From positions 8,950 through 72,949 of IMG/VR virus record IMGVR_UViG_3300005937_000199: DNA of 64,000 nt; one strand, given 5' to 3'. The stretch is from a virus (Duplodnaviria > Caudoviricetes). Below, one piece after another: positions 26,797-36,473 of the stretch; the stretch's first letter is position 1, and every line of letters begins with the position of its first letter. A program made the translations under genes and the position numbers. The notes below the pieces were generated by a model that saw nothing but the letters and a program-made list of their open reading frames with translations, was not told the origin of the DNA and did no database searches.

Positions 26797-29700
26797 CGCT
26801 GACCCCCGATCAGCAGAGCATCGATAAGCGCCCGCCTGGCATTGGCACTGCGTTCCGCAACTTCGACTACGAGGAGGACATCCGTCGCCTCAAGCGCATG
26901 TCGGGTGCGGGTGGTAGCGGCGGTACGGCGATCCAGGCGGCGTTCTGGAGCGCTACGGGTACGAATATCACTACTGCTGGAACTGCCTTTACTAACGTGC
27001 CGATTGCCAATGGCACATCTGATCCGGCTGGTGCCTTCACGTGGAACGCTGACGGCTCGATCACGATCAAGGATGCAGGCTGGTACTACGTCGATGCCAA
27101 CGTCTTCGGCTCGGCTGCCAATGTGACTTATCACATCACGCTGGGCGGTTCTCCCAATGTTGCCAATGGAGTTGCTGAAGCTTATGGCAACTTTGGTCCG
27201 AATGGCGGCATCGTTGATGTTAGTGGTGTTTACAACTTCGCGGCCAACGCCAGGGTCTACGTCACCGCTGCCAGTAACCCTGCCAGTCAGACCGTCAACA
27301 TCCGTGAGTTCGCGATCTTCCGCATCGGTACGGGTCCGACTGGTCCGATTGGGCCGCAGGGCATCCAGGGTGCGACGGGAGCCACCGGCGCTCAGGGTGC
27401 TCAGGGAGCAACAGGTCCAGTAGGCCCCACAGGTGCGACCGGAGCGCCAGGTCCAGTCGGCTCTGATCTCTACCTCTACTCCGACCCGGACTACTCCGAG
27501 GGCGCACAGGTGTCGGTGGCAAACAACCAGACTGCTATTCTGCCGATCCCGGCGAGCAATCTGACGATCAGCACGACCATCGACGGCAGCAATCCGGACT
27601 TCACGCGCAACGCCAACGGCACGATCACGATCAAGGCGGCGGGCACCTACACCTTCAGTGTCAACGGCGGCGGCACTCCAGGTACGGTTGGCAAGCCTGT
27701 TGACATTCGCATCTGTGGCGGGCCAACGCTCCCCAATCAGTACAAATACTTCGCCTGGCAGGATTCGCAGAGCGCCGACACCGGCCCGGTGTTCATCGAG
27801 GTGACCGGCGTCCGCACGTGCGCTGTCGGTGACATCATCGCCGTCTACGGTGGCCACACCTCTGGCGCAGCGCTGCTGATGAATGTCAGTCGCATTGCTG
27901 TTGTCCGCAACGGCTCGGGTCCGAAGGGCAATCAGGGTATCCAAGGCCCGACAGGTCCGACCGGTCCTGTTGGTCCACCTGGCAGCGGCCTGCGCTTCCA
28001 GTACACGATGCTGGACCCGATGGACCCGCCTGAGTCGGATGGTACGGTCACGGTCAGCGATCTCGATGCAACGCAGATTGTCAACATCGGGATCTACTAT
28101 CGTGACGCGAGCGGCCAGGATATCTCGTCGTTCCTGGCAACGCTGCGTGAACCGCACGAGTTGATCCTGTCGCGGCGTGGCAGTGAGGAGGACTGGACGC
28201 GCTGGCGGTTCACGGGCGGCTACGAGGAAGTTCAATCAGGTGGGTACTTCCAATACGACAACGTTGAACCGATTGCGGCCGGTGGGATCGCTGCTGGCCC
28301 TGGTCCAGTCTGGCTGACAATCGTCCCAGTTGGCGACTCAGGTGAGGATGGTGCGCAGGGACCGCCTGGTGTCTCCAACGCCGTCTACGGGAGCTACTGG
28401 CGCTACACCACAAGCGGTGGCGGTGCGGCAACATCAGGCCGCATGGAACTCAACGCTGCAACCTGGGATACGGTTTGGCAGATCAGCCTCAACGAGATCG
28501 CGATGCCAGGTGGCACGGCAGCGGCGTACTTCGCCAAGATCAAGGCCGGAGACGAGTTCTACATCCAGGATCGCACTGACGCGACCAAGTGGGGACGCTA
28601 CACAATCGACATGGTTGGCACTGACCATGGCGACTACTGGACCTTCGAGATGACCTATCTCGATGGCCATGGCACCTTGCCTGCCAACAACACCGACACC
28701 AGCGTCTCGTTGATCGTGGAGGGTGGAACCCAGCCAGCAATCACCGACACGGCGTGGAAGCAGCCGGTCAAGGCAGCAACCGACGCGAACATGGTGCTCT
28801 CCGGCGAGCAGGCGGTCGATGTCGTGATTGACTGCGTGGCTGGTGACCGCGTGCTGGTCAAGGACCAGGATGATTCCACGGAGAATGGTATCTACCTTGT
28901 CAGTACCGGCCCATGGTCGCGTGCACCTGATGCCGATACGCACAACAAGCTGGCGAGTGCTGTTGTGCACGTCGAGCAGGGCGGCTCGAACTTCGACAAG
29001 ACCTTCCGCTGTAGTCTGAATAACGATCCTGATGCAGTGCTCGGTGACTACCTGATTGACTGGATCTATTGGCCGACCGACTTCGGGATCGGTGCGTCTG
29101 ACGGGATCATGCCGGGCGATGCCAGCTTCAGTGACATCTCGTGGTACAACGAGGCTACTCCTGGTGATGGCGTCAACTTCAACAACTCCCGTGCCCGCCA
29201 TTTGGCTACGCCGACGGCTGACGATGATGGTGCCACCAAGGCTTACGTTGACTCGAAGGTCGGCAGCGGCGGCGGTGGAGGCGGTGGCCACACGATCCAG
29301 GACGAGTCTATCTCGCTGACTCAGCGCACACGCCTGAACTTCGTCGGTGAAGGCGTCACGGTGCGCGAGGGCGCGACCGGCTCTGATAGCACTGTAGTTG
29401 ATATTCCGGCGTTCAAGGCGGCGATCTGTCAGATCAACTTCACCAGCGGCATCGCGATGACAGCGGCGACGTGGAAGACGTTGGCTCCAGTGAGCCTCTA
29501 CGCGAGTGATCCGCCTACGGCCTTCACGCTTGCCGCAGACGGCGGCATCATTATCAACGAGACTGGCTATTATGCTGCTAGCGTGACTGCCTACATGGGT
29601 GGATCATCGTCTGGTGCGTGCTATCTGACGATTGGTGCCACGCCTAATGCCGAAGGCTCTTATGCCGAGCAGGATGGTACGAATGCCGGTCAGTTGGCAT

Positions 29701-32700
29701 CGTGCACGGCTTCCGCGCTCTACCTGGTAGCAGGCAGCAAGCTATACGCCTGCGGTTATAGTGCTGTGGCGGCTACCTGGCAGCTTCGCCAGTTCCAGAT
29801 CGCACGTGTCGGTGGTCCGCAAGGCGCGAAGGGCGATCCAGGTGGCAATGCGACTGCCACGCTCGATCCCTGGCATCAGATTGGTGCGGCGGGTGAGCCA
29901 GCCTTCACGAACTCGTGGGTCGCCACTGACTCGAACGTCTACTACCGCAAGGACCCGTTCGGCCGGGTCTACTTGCGCGGTTCGCTCAGTGGTGGCGCGA
30001 GTGGCACTTCTGCATTCACGCTGCCGGTTGGCTATCGGCCGCTTCTGGTTGGTCTTACGCGCGTCCGCACCATTGCTATTGACAATCAAATTGGTGGTGC
30101 TGGCAAGTGGGAGGGGCAGATCAACGTCAACACTGACGGCACAGTTCTCATCTACTCGACCAACACTCCAGCCAACGCCGTCGTCTCGCTCGATCAGGTG
30201 GAGTTTGACAGTGGCACTGTCACTTCCTACATGGTTGGCCCACAGGGGGCCAAGGGCGATAAGGGCGATCCTGGCGACAAGGCGAGCCTGACGCTCGACC
30301 AGTGGCATGTGATTGGCGCAGCCGGTGAACCAGCCTTCCTGAATGGCTGGGCTGCCTACGGTGGCGGCTACTCGATTCCTGCCTTCAAGAAGGACCCGTT
30401 TGGACGTGTGCAGCTTCGTGGGCTGATGAAGAACGGCACGATCACCGCCCCGATGTTCATCCTGCCTGTCGGCTACCGGCCGACCACGGTGCACGGCTAC
30501 TCGACACCGGCCAACAACGGTTCTGCTTACGTCCTCAATGACATCCGTGTTGCCAACGACGGCTCGGTCAGCCAGGTTGGCGGTGGCAACGGGTATGTCT
30601 GGCTGGATGGCATCGAATTCGATACGGATCAGCAGACAGTCGCATTGGCAGGGGCCAAGGGCGACAAGGGTGATGCTGGTACTCCTGGCCAGGTGGAGAT
30701 CTATGCCACTGCGATTGCTGGTACAGGGGTTTCAGTCGCCAGCGGCGGAAGCGGACTGTTGCCGCTTGGTGTTCCACCTGACATCAGCAAGAGCAATGGT
30801 ATCAATCCGGACTTCGTGCGCAACGCGGACGGTTCGCTGACAATCGTCTCGGCAGGCGTCTATACGATCAACGGCACGATAGCTCCTGGTGCTGCTTTGG
30901 CAGCCGGTTGCCAGGTTGAAGCACGGATTTGTGCGAAGGCAGGCGCAACCCCCGGTGTAGGCGACTTCATCACGGTCGAGAATAGCTTTACGGGTGCTGG
31001 TGGCCAGTACCCGTGGGTGACGGCTACGGTAACACGCAAGTTTGCAGCAGGTGATGTGGTCGCGGTCTACGGACTCATGGTTGGCGCGACAGTCACTCTC
31101 AATTGCCAGTTGTTCGGTATCACCCGAGTTGGTAGTGGCCCGAAGGGCGATACCGGCCCACAGGGTCCTGTTGGCCTCGGCACGATAGAGGCGTGGCATC
31201 TCGTTGGCGGCGCAGGCGAGGTGCCCTTCGCAACCGGCTGGAGCCACTACGGGTCGGGCTACACAAACGGCGGCTTCCGCAAGTACCCGGACGGCAAGGT
31301 CAAGCTTCGTGGTCTGGTGTCCACCTCGGCGGGCGCAGGCAGCACGATCTTCACGCTGCCTGTTACTCATCGTGTTGCTGCTGGTGGGTCAGTGAGCATC
31401 TTCATCTGCGAATCGTCGCTCGCTGCTAGCGGACAGGTTCGTATCGATGTCAACACCGCTACCGGCGTAGTGTCATATGGCACCAGCCCAGCAGCAGGCA
31501 ACTGGGTATCGCTTGATGGGATCGAGTTCGACACCGATACAGTATCTACCTACTTGACAGGCCCGCAAGGGCCGAAGGGCGATAAGGGCGACACAGGTGG
31601 CAACGCAACTGCTACTTTGGACCCATGGCACGTTGTCGGTGCAGCAAGCGAGCCTCCGTTCCAGAATTCGTGGACCACGCCAGGCGGGCAAGCGGGCCTG
31701 ATGTTCCGCAAGGACCCGTTTGGGGTCGTCCACATCTTCGGTGTGGCGACTGGTGGCGCAACCGGCAGTGTGGCCTTCACGCTCCCGGTCGGCTACCGCC
31801 CGCTGGTTGGCTCCAACACCACCGTCTATGACGTGCTGCTTGACAGTGGTGTTGCTGGTGGCTATGTCGGTATTGACAAGTCAACAGGTAATGTCACTCT
31901 GAACAGGGGTTCGTCTGTCTCGATCTACGTTGACCTCTCGTTCGACACCGGCACTGTTACCAACTATATGGTCGGGCCACAAGGTCCGGCTGGTGGCAAT
32001 GCGACTGCTAACTTGGACACGTGGCATCAGGTTGGCACGGCTGGTGAGCCTGCTTACCAGAACTCGTGGGTTACCTATCCAGGATGGACGGGGGCGTCAT
32101 TCCGCAAGGACCCCTTTGGCCGTGTGCATCTACGCGGTTTGATCCGCAATGGCACGGTTGGTCAACCGATATTTACACTCCCAGTTGGCTGTCGTCCACC
32201 GTCAGGGTTGATCATCGATGCCCAGGCGGGCGAGCCGAATGGCAATGCACGGATGACAATCGCCGCAGACGGTACGGTGTCTTGTGCTTCGCTCGGCACA
32301 GGCGCAGACGGGCAGTTCCTCTCGCTGTGGGGGATCAGTTTTGACACCGATACTGTCACTTCCTATATGGTCGGCCCGCAAGGTCCGGCTGGTGCCAAGG
32401 GCGATCCTGGTGGCAATACGACTGTTGCTCTGGAGGCTTGGCATACGGTCGGTGGAGCGGGCGAGCCTTCGTTCCAGAACTCGTGGGTCAACTACGCGAG
32501 CGGCTACTCGTCTGTTGCCTTCCGCAAAGACCCACTTGGCAAGGTGATCTTGCGTGGTGCGATCAAGAGCGGCACTGTCCCCGGCACAGTCTTCACACTG
32601 CCAACCGGGTTTAGACCACCTGGCCAGATCTCGTTCCCGCTTGCAACCGATGGCTCCTTCGGGACGCTTGGCGGTGTCTACGTCTCGAACGCTGGCGATG

Positions 32701-34088
32701 TTGTCATCTACCGAGGCAGTAACGCCTACGTCTCACTTGATGGGATCGAGTTCGACACCGACTTGGTGTCAAGCTACATGGTTGGTCCGCCAGGGCCAAC
32801 CGGCGCGATAGGCCCGCAGGGGCCAGCGGGCAACAGCGCTACGGTGCCGATGGACACCTGGCATGTCGTCGGCTCGGGTGGCAGCGAGCCTGCCTTCACA
32901 AACGGGTTCAGCGCATGGTCCGGCTACAACGTCCGCTTCCGCAAGTTCCCTGACGGCCGAGTCCAGATTGCTGGTGTGATCGGTACTCCAGCGTCCGGTG
33001 GCATGGCTGCCTTCACCCTGCCTGTGGGCTATCGCCCGGTTGGCAACGAGCGTGGCTTCGTCTGCAAGAACTCGTCAGCGACATCGCTCGTCTACGTCAA
33101 CACTGATGGCACTGTCAATGTTCCTGTCAATGTTGGCTACACCTATCTCGATCCAGTCATCTTCGACACCGAGAGTGTGCTTGCACTGCCGACCGGCCCG
33201 AAGGGTGATCCGGGTGGCAACGCAGCGCTCCCCATCGAAGACTGGCACGTGCTTGGTGGGGCTGGCGAACCGGCGTTCCTGAATGGCTGGACGAGCTATG
33301 GCGGCAACTATCCGGCCGGGTTCCGCAAGCTGCCGGATGGCACCGTTCAGATGCGCGGCCTGATCAAGCCAGGGACTATCAATCAACCTGCCTTCACACT
33401 ACCTGCTGCGTATTGGCCGGGACCGGGAGTAAATGAGCGCTTCTTCACACTGGCTGCGCACACCGGCTCGGCGTGGACATCTGCTCAGGTTGATTGCATC
33501 GCTGGCAACGGCAACATTCAGATCACGGCAACCGCTGCCACGATCACAGCAAGTGGCTGGATTGCGCTCGACGGGATCGAGTTCCCAACCGCCCAAGCGA
33601 CCTTCCCGACCGGGCCGCAAGGACCCAAGGGTGACAAGGGAGATGTCAGTCTTGATGCGTCGGGCTTCTCGATGCGCAGCGCGGCGACGGTCAGCAACCT
33701 CTGGCAGAACACCACCTTCGTGAAGATGCAGTTCGACACGATGGAGTATGACTACTCGCTTGGCGGCGCTAGCCTGGTGAATGACAACTTTGTTGTCGTC
33801 GAACCTGGTGTCTATCAGATTGCTGTCAGCACCCTGCCGGTGCAGAACATCGGGGATGGCGCAGGGGTTGCCATGGGTGTGTTCGTGGATGGTGTCGAGC
33901 ACACACGCCTCGGCCAGTGGATCTTGGGCGCGACCAACAACCCAAGCTTTACAGCATCGGGTATCATCCGTCTGTTGAATGGTCAGACGGTCGATGTTCG
34001 TGTTTACCTATCTGCTGGTGGCCCCATCAGCCAGAGTGGTAACCCATCGTGTGTGTATTGGCGAATGCAGAAGATCCGAAACGCATAG
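26793..34088 (+). CDS. giant modular tail fibre (collagen linkers, C1q-like domains, 8 repeated modules)
   Basis: 2431 aa with many GPQGxKGD triplets and a VAGDRVLVKDQ...NGIY fibre domain. Confidence 0.85.
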   Translation: MTLTPDQQSIDKRPPGIGTAFRNFDYEEDIRRLKRMSGAGGSGGTAIQAAFWSATGTNITTAGTAFTNVPIANGTSDPAGAFTWNADGSITIKDAGWYYVDANVFGSAANVTYHITLGGSPNVANGVAEAYGNFGPNGGIVDVSGVYNFAANARVYVTAASNPASQTVNIREFAIFRIGTGPTGPIGPQGIQGATGATGAQGAQGATGPVGPTGATGAPGPVGSDLYLYSDPDYSEGAQVSVANNQTAILPIPASNLTISTTIDGSNPDFTRNANGTITIKAAGTYTFSVNGGGTPGTVGKPVDIRICGGPTLPNQYKYFAWQDSQSADTGPVFIEVTGVRTCAVGDIIAVYGGHTSGAALLMNVSRIAVVRNGSGPKGNQGIQGPTGPTGPVGPPGSGLRFQYTMLDPMDPPESDGTVTVSDLDATQIVNIGIYYRDASGQDISSFLATLREPHELILSRRGSEEDWTRWRFTGGYEEVQSGGYFQYDNVEPIAAGGIAAGPGPVWLTIVPVGDSGEDGAQGPPGVSNAVYGSYWRYTTSGGGAATSGRMELNAATWDTVWQISLNEIAMPGGTAAAYFAKIKAGDEFYIQDRTDATKWGRYTIDMVGTDHGDYWTFEMTYLDGHGTLPANNTDTSVSLIVEGGTQPAITDTAWKQPVKAATDANMVLSGEQAVDVVIDCVAGDRVLVKDQDDSTENGIYLVSTGPWSRAPDADTHNKLASAVVHVEQGGSNFDKTFRCSLNNDPDAVLGDYLIDWIYWPTDFGIGASDGIMPGDASFSDISWYNEATPGDGVNFNNSRARHLATPTADDDGATKAYVDSKVGSGGGGGGGHTIQDESISLTQRTRLNFVGEGVTVREGATGSDSTVVDIPAFKAAICQINFTSGIAMTAATWKTLAPVSLYASDPPTAFTLAADGGIIINETGYYAASVTAYMGGSSSGACYLTIGATPNAEGSYAEQDGTNAGQLASCTASALYLVAGSKLYACGYSAVAATWQLRQFQIARVGGPQGAKGDPGGNATATLDPWHQIGAAGEPAFTNSWVATDSNVYYRKDPFGRVYLRGSLSGGASGTSAFTLPVGYRPLLVGLTRVRTIAIDNQIGGAGKWEGQINVNTDGTVLIYSTNTPANAVVSLDQVEFDSGTVTSYMVGPQGAKGDKGDPGDKASLTLDQWHVIGAAGEPAFLNGWAAYGGGYSIPAFKKDPFGRVQLRGLMKNGTITAPMFILPVGYRPTTVHGYSTPANNGSAYVLNDIRVANDGSVSQVGGGNGYVWLDGIEFDTDQQTVALAGAKGDKGDAGTPGQVEIYATAIAGTGVSVASGGSGLLPLGVPPDISKSNGINPDFVRNADGSLTIVSAGVYTINGTIAPGAALAAGCQVEARICAKAGATPGVGDFITVENSFTGAGGQYPWVTATVTRKFAAGDVVAVYGLMVGATVTLNCQLFGITRVGSGPKGDTGPQGPVGLGTIEAWHLVGGAGEVPFATGWSHYGSGYTNGGFRKYPDGKVKLRGLVSTSAGAGSTIFTLPVTHRVAAGGSVSIFICESSLAASGQVRIDVNTATGVVSYGTSPAAGNWVSLDGIEFDTDTVSTYLTGPQGPKGDKGDTGGNATATLDPWHVVGAASEPPFQNSWTTPGGQAGLMFRKDPFGVVHIFGVATGGATGSVAFTLPVGYRPLVGSNTTVYDVLLDSGVAGGYVGIDKSTGNVTLNRGSSVSIYVDLSFDTGTVTNYMVGPQGPAGGNATANLDTWHQVGTAGEPAYQNSWVTYPGWTGASFRKDPFGRVHLRGLIRNGTVGQPIFTLPVGCRPPSGLIIDAQAGEPNGNARMTIAADGTVSCASLGTGADGQFLSLWGISFDTDTVTSYMVGPQGPAGAKGDPGGNTTVALEAWHTVGGAGEPSFQNSWVNYASGYSSVAFRKDPLGKVILRGAIKSGTVPGTVFTLPTGFRPPGQISFPLATDGSFGTLGGVYVSNAGDVVIYRGSNAYVSLDGIEFDTDLVSSYMVGPPGPTGAIGPQGPAGNSATVPMDTWHVVGSGGSEPAFTNGFSAWSGYNVRFRKFPDGRVQIAGVIGTPASGGMAAFTLPVGYRPVGNERGFVCKNSSATSLVYVNTDGTVNVPVNVGYTYLDPVIFDTESVLALPTGPKGDPGGNAALPIEDWHVLGGAGEPAFLNGWTSYGGNYPAGFRKLPDGTVQMRGLIKPGTINQPAFTLPAAYWPGPGVNERFFTLAAHTGSAWTSAQVDCIAGNGNIQITATAATITASGWIALDGIEFPTAQATFPTGPQGPKGDKGDVSLDASGFSMRSAATVSNLWQNTTFVKMQFDTMEYDYSLGGASLVNDNFVVVEPGVYQIAVSTLPVQNIGDGAGVAMGVFVDGVEHTRLGQWILGATNNPSFTASGIIRLLNGQTVDVRVYLSAGGPISQSGNPSCVYWRMQKIRNA
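29850..33640 (+). repeat. eight diverged ~130-145-codon modules inside the tail fibre
   Basis: WHxxGxxGEPxFxNxW...FRKDPFGRVxLRG...FTLPxGxRP...LDGIEFDT; the W-H codons start at about 29871, 30303, 31194, 31626, 32022, 32439, 32859 and 33243. Confidence 0.9.
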
Positions 34089-34099
34089 CGAGGTGAGGG

Positions 34100-34813
34100 A
34101 TGGCAACTAAAGTGGTGTGTGACGGCTGCGGCGAGGTGGTCGATACCAAGCAGCCTTACTACCAAGCGGTGGTGACCCAGGTCCAGGTCAACGAGGACGG
34201 CGCACTGGTGACGGTCGTGGCTGCGACGGGCCTTGACTATCACCTCGAACATCTGCCGCACACCAGCACGCCGGACTCGGTTGCTGTCCTGACTTCGCTC
34301 GACCCAGCGTCGGCCGAGGAAGCAGCAGGCGAGAAGGTCACCCTGCATGTCATGGGCCAGCGCTTCATCGACACGGCGTCCATCGTCTTCGACGGCTTCG
34401 GCCAGCCGACGACCTACGTCTCGTCAAGCGAGTTGACATGCGAGGTTCCGCTCGACGCGGTGGGTTCGTTTGAGGTCTTCGTGCGCCAGATGGGCATCGA
34501 CACCAACAAGCTGATGTTCACGGTGCTCGAAGTGGGCGGCGAGCTACCTCCGGAGCCGGACCCACTGACGCTCACCTCCATCAACCCGACAAGCGGCAAC
34601 CGCCAGACGCAGACCGCTGTCACGGCTGTTGGCACCGGCTTCATCGACGGGGCGTCGGTCATCGTCGCTGGCATGGCAGTGTCAACCATCTTCACAAGCG
34701 ACACGGAACTCGGCTTCACCATCAACGGACCAGAACTGGGTCCGGGCTACAAGGACGTGCTCGTGCGCCAGGGCGGTGTGGACACCCAAGTCCTCGAATT
34801 CCGCGTGACGTAG
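34100..34813 (+). CDS. protein with two IPT/TIG (Ig-like) domains
   Basis: LTSLDPAS...VTLHVMGQRF...YVSSSELT and LTSINPTSG...VTAVGTGF...FTSDTELG; N-terminal CDGC. Confidence 0.75.
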   Translation: MATKVVCDGCGEVVDTKQPYYQAVVTQVQVNEDGALVTVVAATGLDYHLEHLPHTSTPDSVAVLTSLDPASAEEAAGEKVTLHVMGQRFIDTASIVFDGFGQPTTYVSSSELTCEVPLDAVGSFEVFVRQMGIDTNKLMFTVLEVGGELPPEPDPLTLTSINPTSGNRQTQTAVTAVGTGFIDGASVIVAGMAVSTIFTSDTELGFTINGPELGPGYKDVLVRQGGVDTQVLEFRVT

Positions 34814-34817
34814 GCTG

Positions 34818-35087
34818 ATGGCCGATCCCATGCCGACAGCGCCGAAGCCGACCGATCACCGACTGCACCACCGGCCGGTGTTGTTGGCTGCTGTGATCGG
34901 TGGCGGCGTGTGCATGTTGGCAGTGGTGATCGGCCTCACAATCCTGGGCCTACATAGTGAGGGGACAAACGACGTTGCCATGACCGGCCTGGCTGCCATC
35001 GGATCAACACTGGCAGGTGGCTTTGCATCATGGCTTGGCTACAACCGCCGTGGCTACGATCACGGCAACGGCAATGGTCGAGAATAA
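34818..35087 (+). CDS. small two-TM protein, holin candidate
   Basis: Two hydrophobic segments; located at the end of the tail operon. Confidence 0.5.
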   Translation: MADPMPTAPKPTDHRLHHRPVLLAAVIGGGVCMLAVVIGLTILGLHSEGTNDVAMTGLAAIGSTLAGGFASWLGYNRRGYDHGNGNGRE

Positions 35088-35092
35088 CAACG

Positions 35093-35326
35093 ATGTGGTT
35101 GCTCGCTCTTACGGAAGCCTCGGTGTGGGGGATCGCGGCTGCTGTCAGCACACTGATCGGTGTCGGCTTGAGCATCGCTGCCTACCGCAGCAAGCGCGAG
35201 GCGGATACCAACAAGGTCAACGAGGAGCAGCACAAGCAACTGCTGGAGGCGCGGGCTGAGTCCGAGCGGCTGTCGGCCGAACTCCACCAGTACAAGCTGA
35301 GGTATGGCGATGAAGTTCCCGAATAA
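35093..35326 (+). CDS. single-TM protein with coiled-coil tail
   Basis: [21 protein letters not shown] followed by a heptad-like charged tail. Confidence 0.6.
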   Translation: MWLLALTEASVWGIAAAVSTLIGVGLSIAAYRSKREADTNKVNEEQHKQLLEARAESERLSAELHQYKLRYGDEVPE

Positions 35327-35717
35327 AACGGCAGTGTTGATGACAACTTCACTGGTGTTCGCTGCTGGTGGAGGGTTCGCGGCCAGCGTGGCACTGTCAC
35401 AGGGTGATCCTGTCAAGGAAGTCACCATCGATGTCGGCAAGGGCGAGCAGGGCGATCCTGGTCCGCCTGGACCGGCCGGACCCGCAGGGCCAGCAGGACC
35501 CGCAGGCCCGAAGGGCGACAAGGGCGATCAGGGCGAGCAGGGGCTTCGTGGTCTGGTCGGTCCCGCAGGTCCAGCAGGACCCCAGGGTGAGCGCGGCCCT
35601 CAAGGTCCACCCGGTGGCGTGACGTGCCCAACCGGCTTCGTGCCTGGCATCCTGAAGATCAACCACCCTGGTGGGCAGGCCACGATATACACCTGCATGA
35701 CACCAGGCTCCAACTAG
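35304..35717 (+). CDS. exported or membrane-anchored collagen-like protein
   Basis: N-terminal hydrophobic segment, about 19 Gly-X-Y triplets, and a C-terminal two-Cys domain. Confidence 0.8.
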   Translation: MAMKFPNKTAVLMTTSLVFAAGGGFAASVALSQGDPVKEVTIDVGKGEQGDPGPPGPAGPAGPAGPAGPKGDKGDQGEQGLRGLVGPAGPAGPQGERGPQGPPGGVTCPTGFVPGILKINHPGGQATIYTCMTPGSN

Positions 35718-35802
35718 CTATGACAACAAGACTTCCACGGCGGAGGCAGGCGAGGCTTCCCGAGAACCCTGCCCGCGCCGTCCGGGTGGGCCAGCCCCCA
35801 GC

Positions 35803-35846
35803 GCCCCCTGGCTCGCCACAGGGTGGCGCGGGGGCCAGGGCTTTAC
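35803..35846 (+). terminator. likely intrinsic terminator of the late operon
   Basis: CCCTGG...CGCCAC-AGG-GTGGCG...CCAGGG hairpin followed by CTTTACT. Confidence 0.6.
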
Positions 35847-36208
35847 TAGAGTGTTCAGGTTCCCAACACAAGGAGGTTCGCCCTTGCCCCAGTGGCAGAC
35901 AGGCTCGTCACACATCGACATGCGCTAGCCGCACGATGGCGGCGACGGCACAGGTATCCCCCTCGCCTGAGGCACGGAGCCTGTTCAACAACATGGCTGC
36001 CAACGCGCAGCCTCTTGGAGCGGATGTGAATACGCTCCACATCGACGTTGGCAATTTGCTTGTCGTAGGGTGTCAACGTGTACGTCAGGGCCTCGATGCC
36101 GGGGCCTCGACGGAGATAGAGGAACTGCTGGGCGAGAAGTGGATTGCACCCGCTCCTAACGGCGGCTGGTTCCTCGGGTAGCTCATCGTCGTCGGCCGGG
36201 GGATGCCT

Positions 36209-36421
36209 TCAGTGTCCCTCGGTCGATTGACCGCGCCCGCACCGGCCGCAGTACGTGATCTCCATCAGGTCGAAGCAGGCCGGACACACACCGTCCTGCC
36301 AGGCGATCCATAGTGCTCGCCGCGCCGGAGGGCTGAGTGACCGCTTCGTCGCCAAATGCCAAGCAGCCTTGCTTCTACGTCGCACTCGTGTCAATCGAGT
36401 TGTTGGCACGACGCGGTACAT
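36209..36421 (-). CDS. small Zn-finger-like protein
   Basis: GAGGAGG RBS before ATG at 36421; CPAC and CGRC pairs. Confidence 0.7.
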   Translation of the reverse strand: MYRVVPTTRLTRVRRRSKAAWHLATKRSLSPPARRALWIAWQDGVCPACFDLMEITYCGRCGRGQSTEGH

Positions 36422-36440
36422 CTTGATCCTCCTCGGCAGT

Positions 36441-36466
36441 GGGATCATAGCCTGGTGTGTTAGACT
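36441..36466. promoter_or_regulatory. back-to-back -10 boxes (minus TATGAT; plus extended TG-T-TAGACT)
   Basis: TAGACT at 36461-36466 lies 7 nt before GTG 36474 (leaderless helicase); GCTATGATCCC on the minus strand at 36441-36451. Confidence 0.6.
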
Positions 36467-36473
36467 CTTCGCC

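Noticed and set aside
29850-33640. Diversity-generating retroelement target/template pair
   Set aside because: No reverse transcriptase in the window; the repeats differ at all bases rather than at adenines and all lie in frame.
35624-36181. Plus-strand 185-aa ORF
   Set aside because: It spans a terminator hairpin and its codons (GTA, ATA, CTT, TTG) have an antisense signature.
36265-36279. SRP-RNA-like TCAGGTCGAAGCAG
   Set aside because: It lacks the internal tetraloop stem and is the antisense of the CPACFDLM codons.
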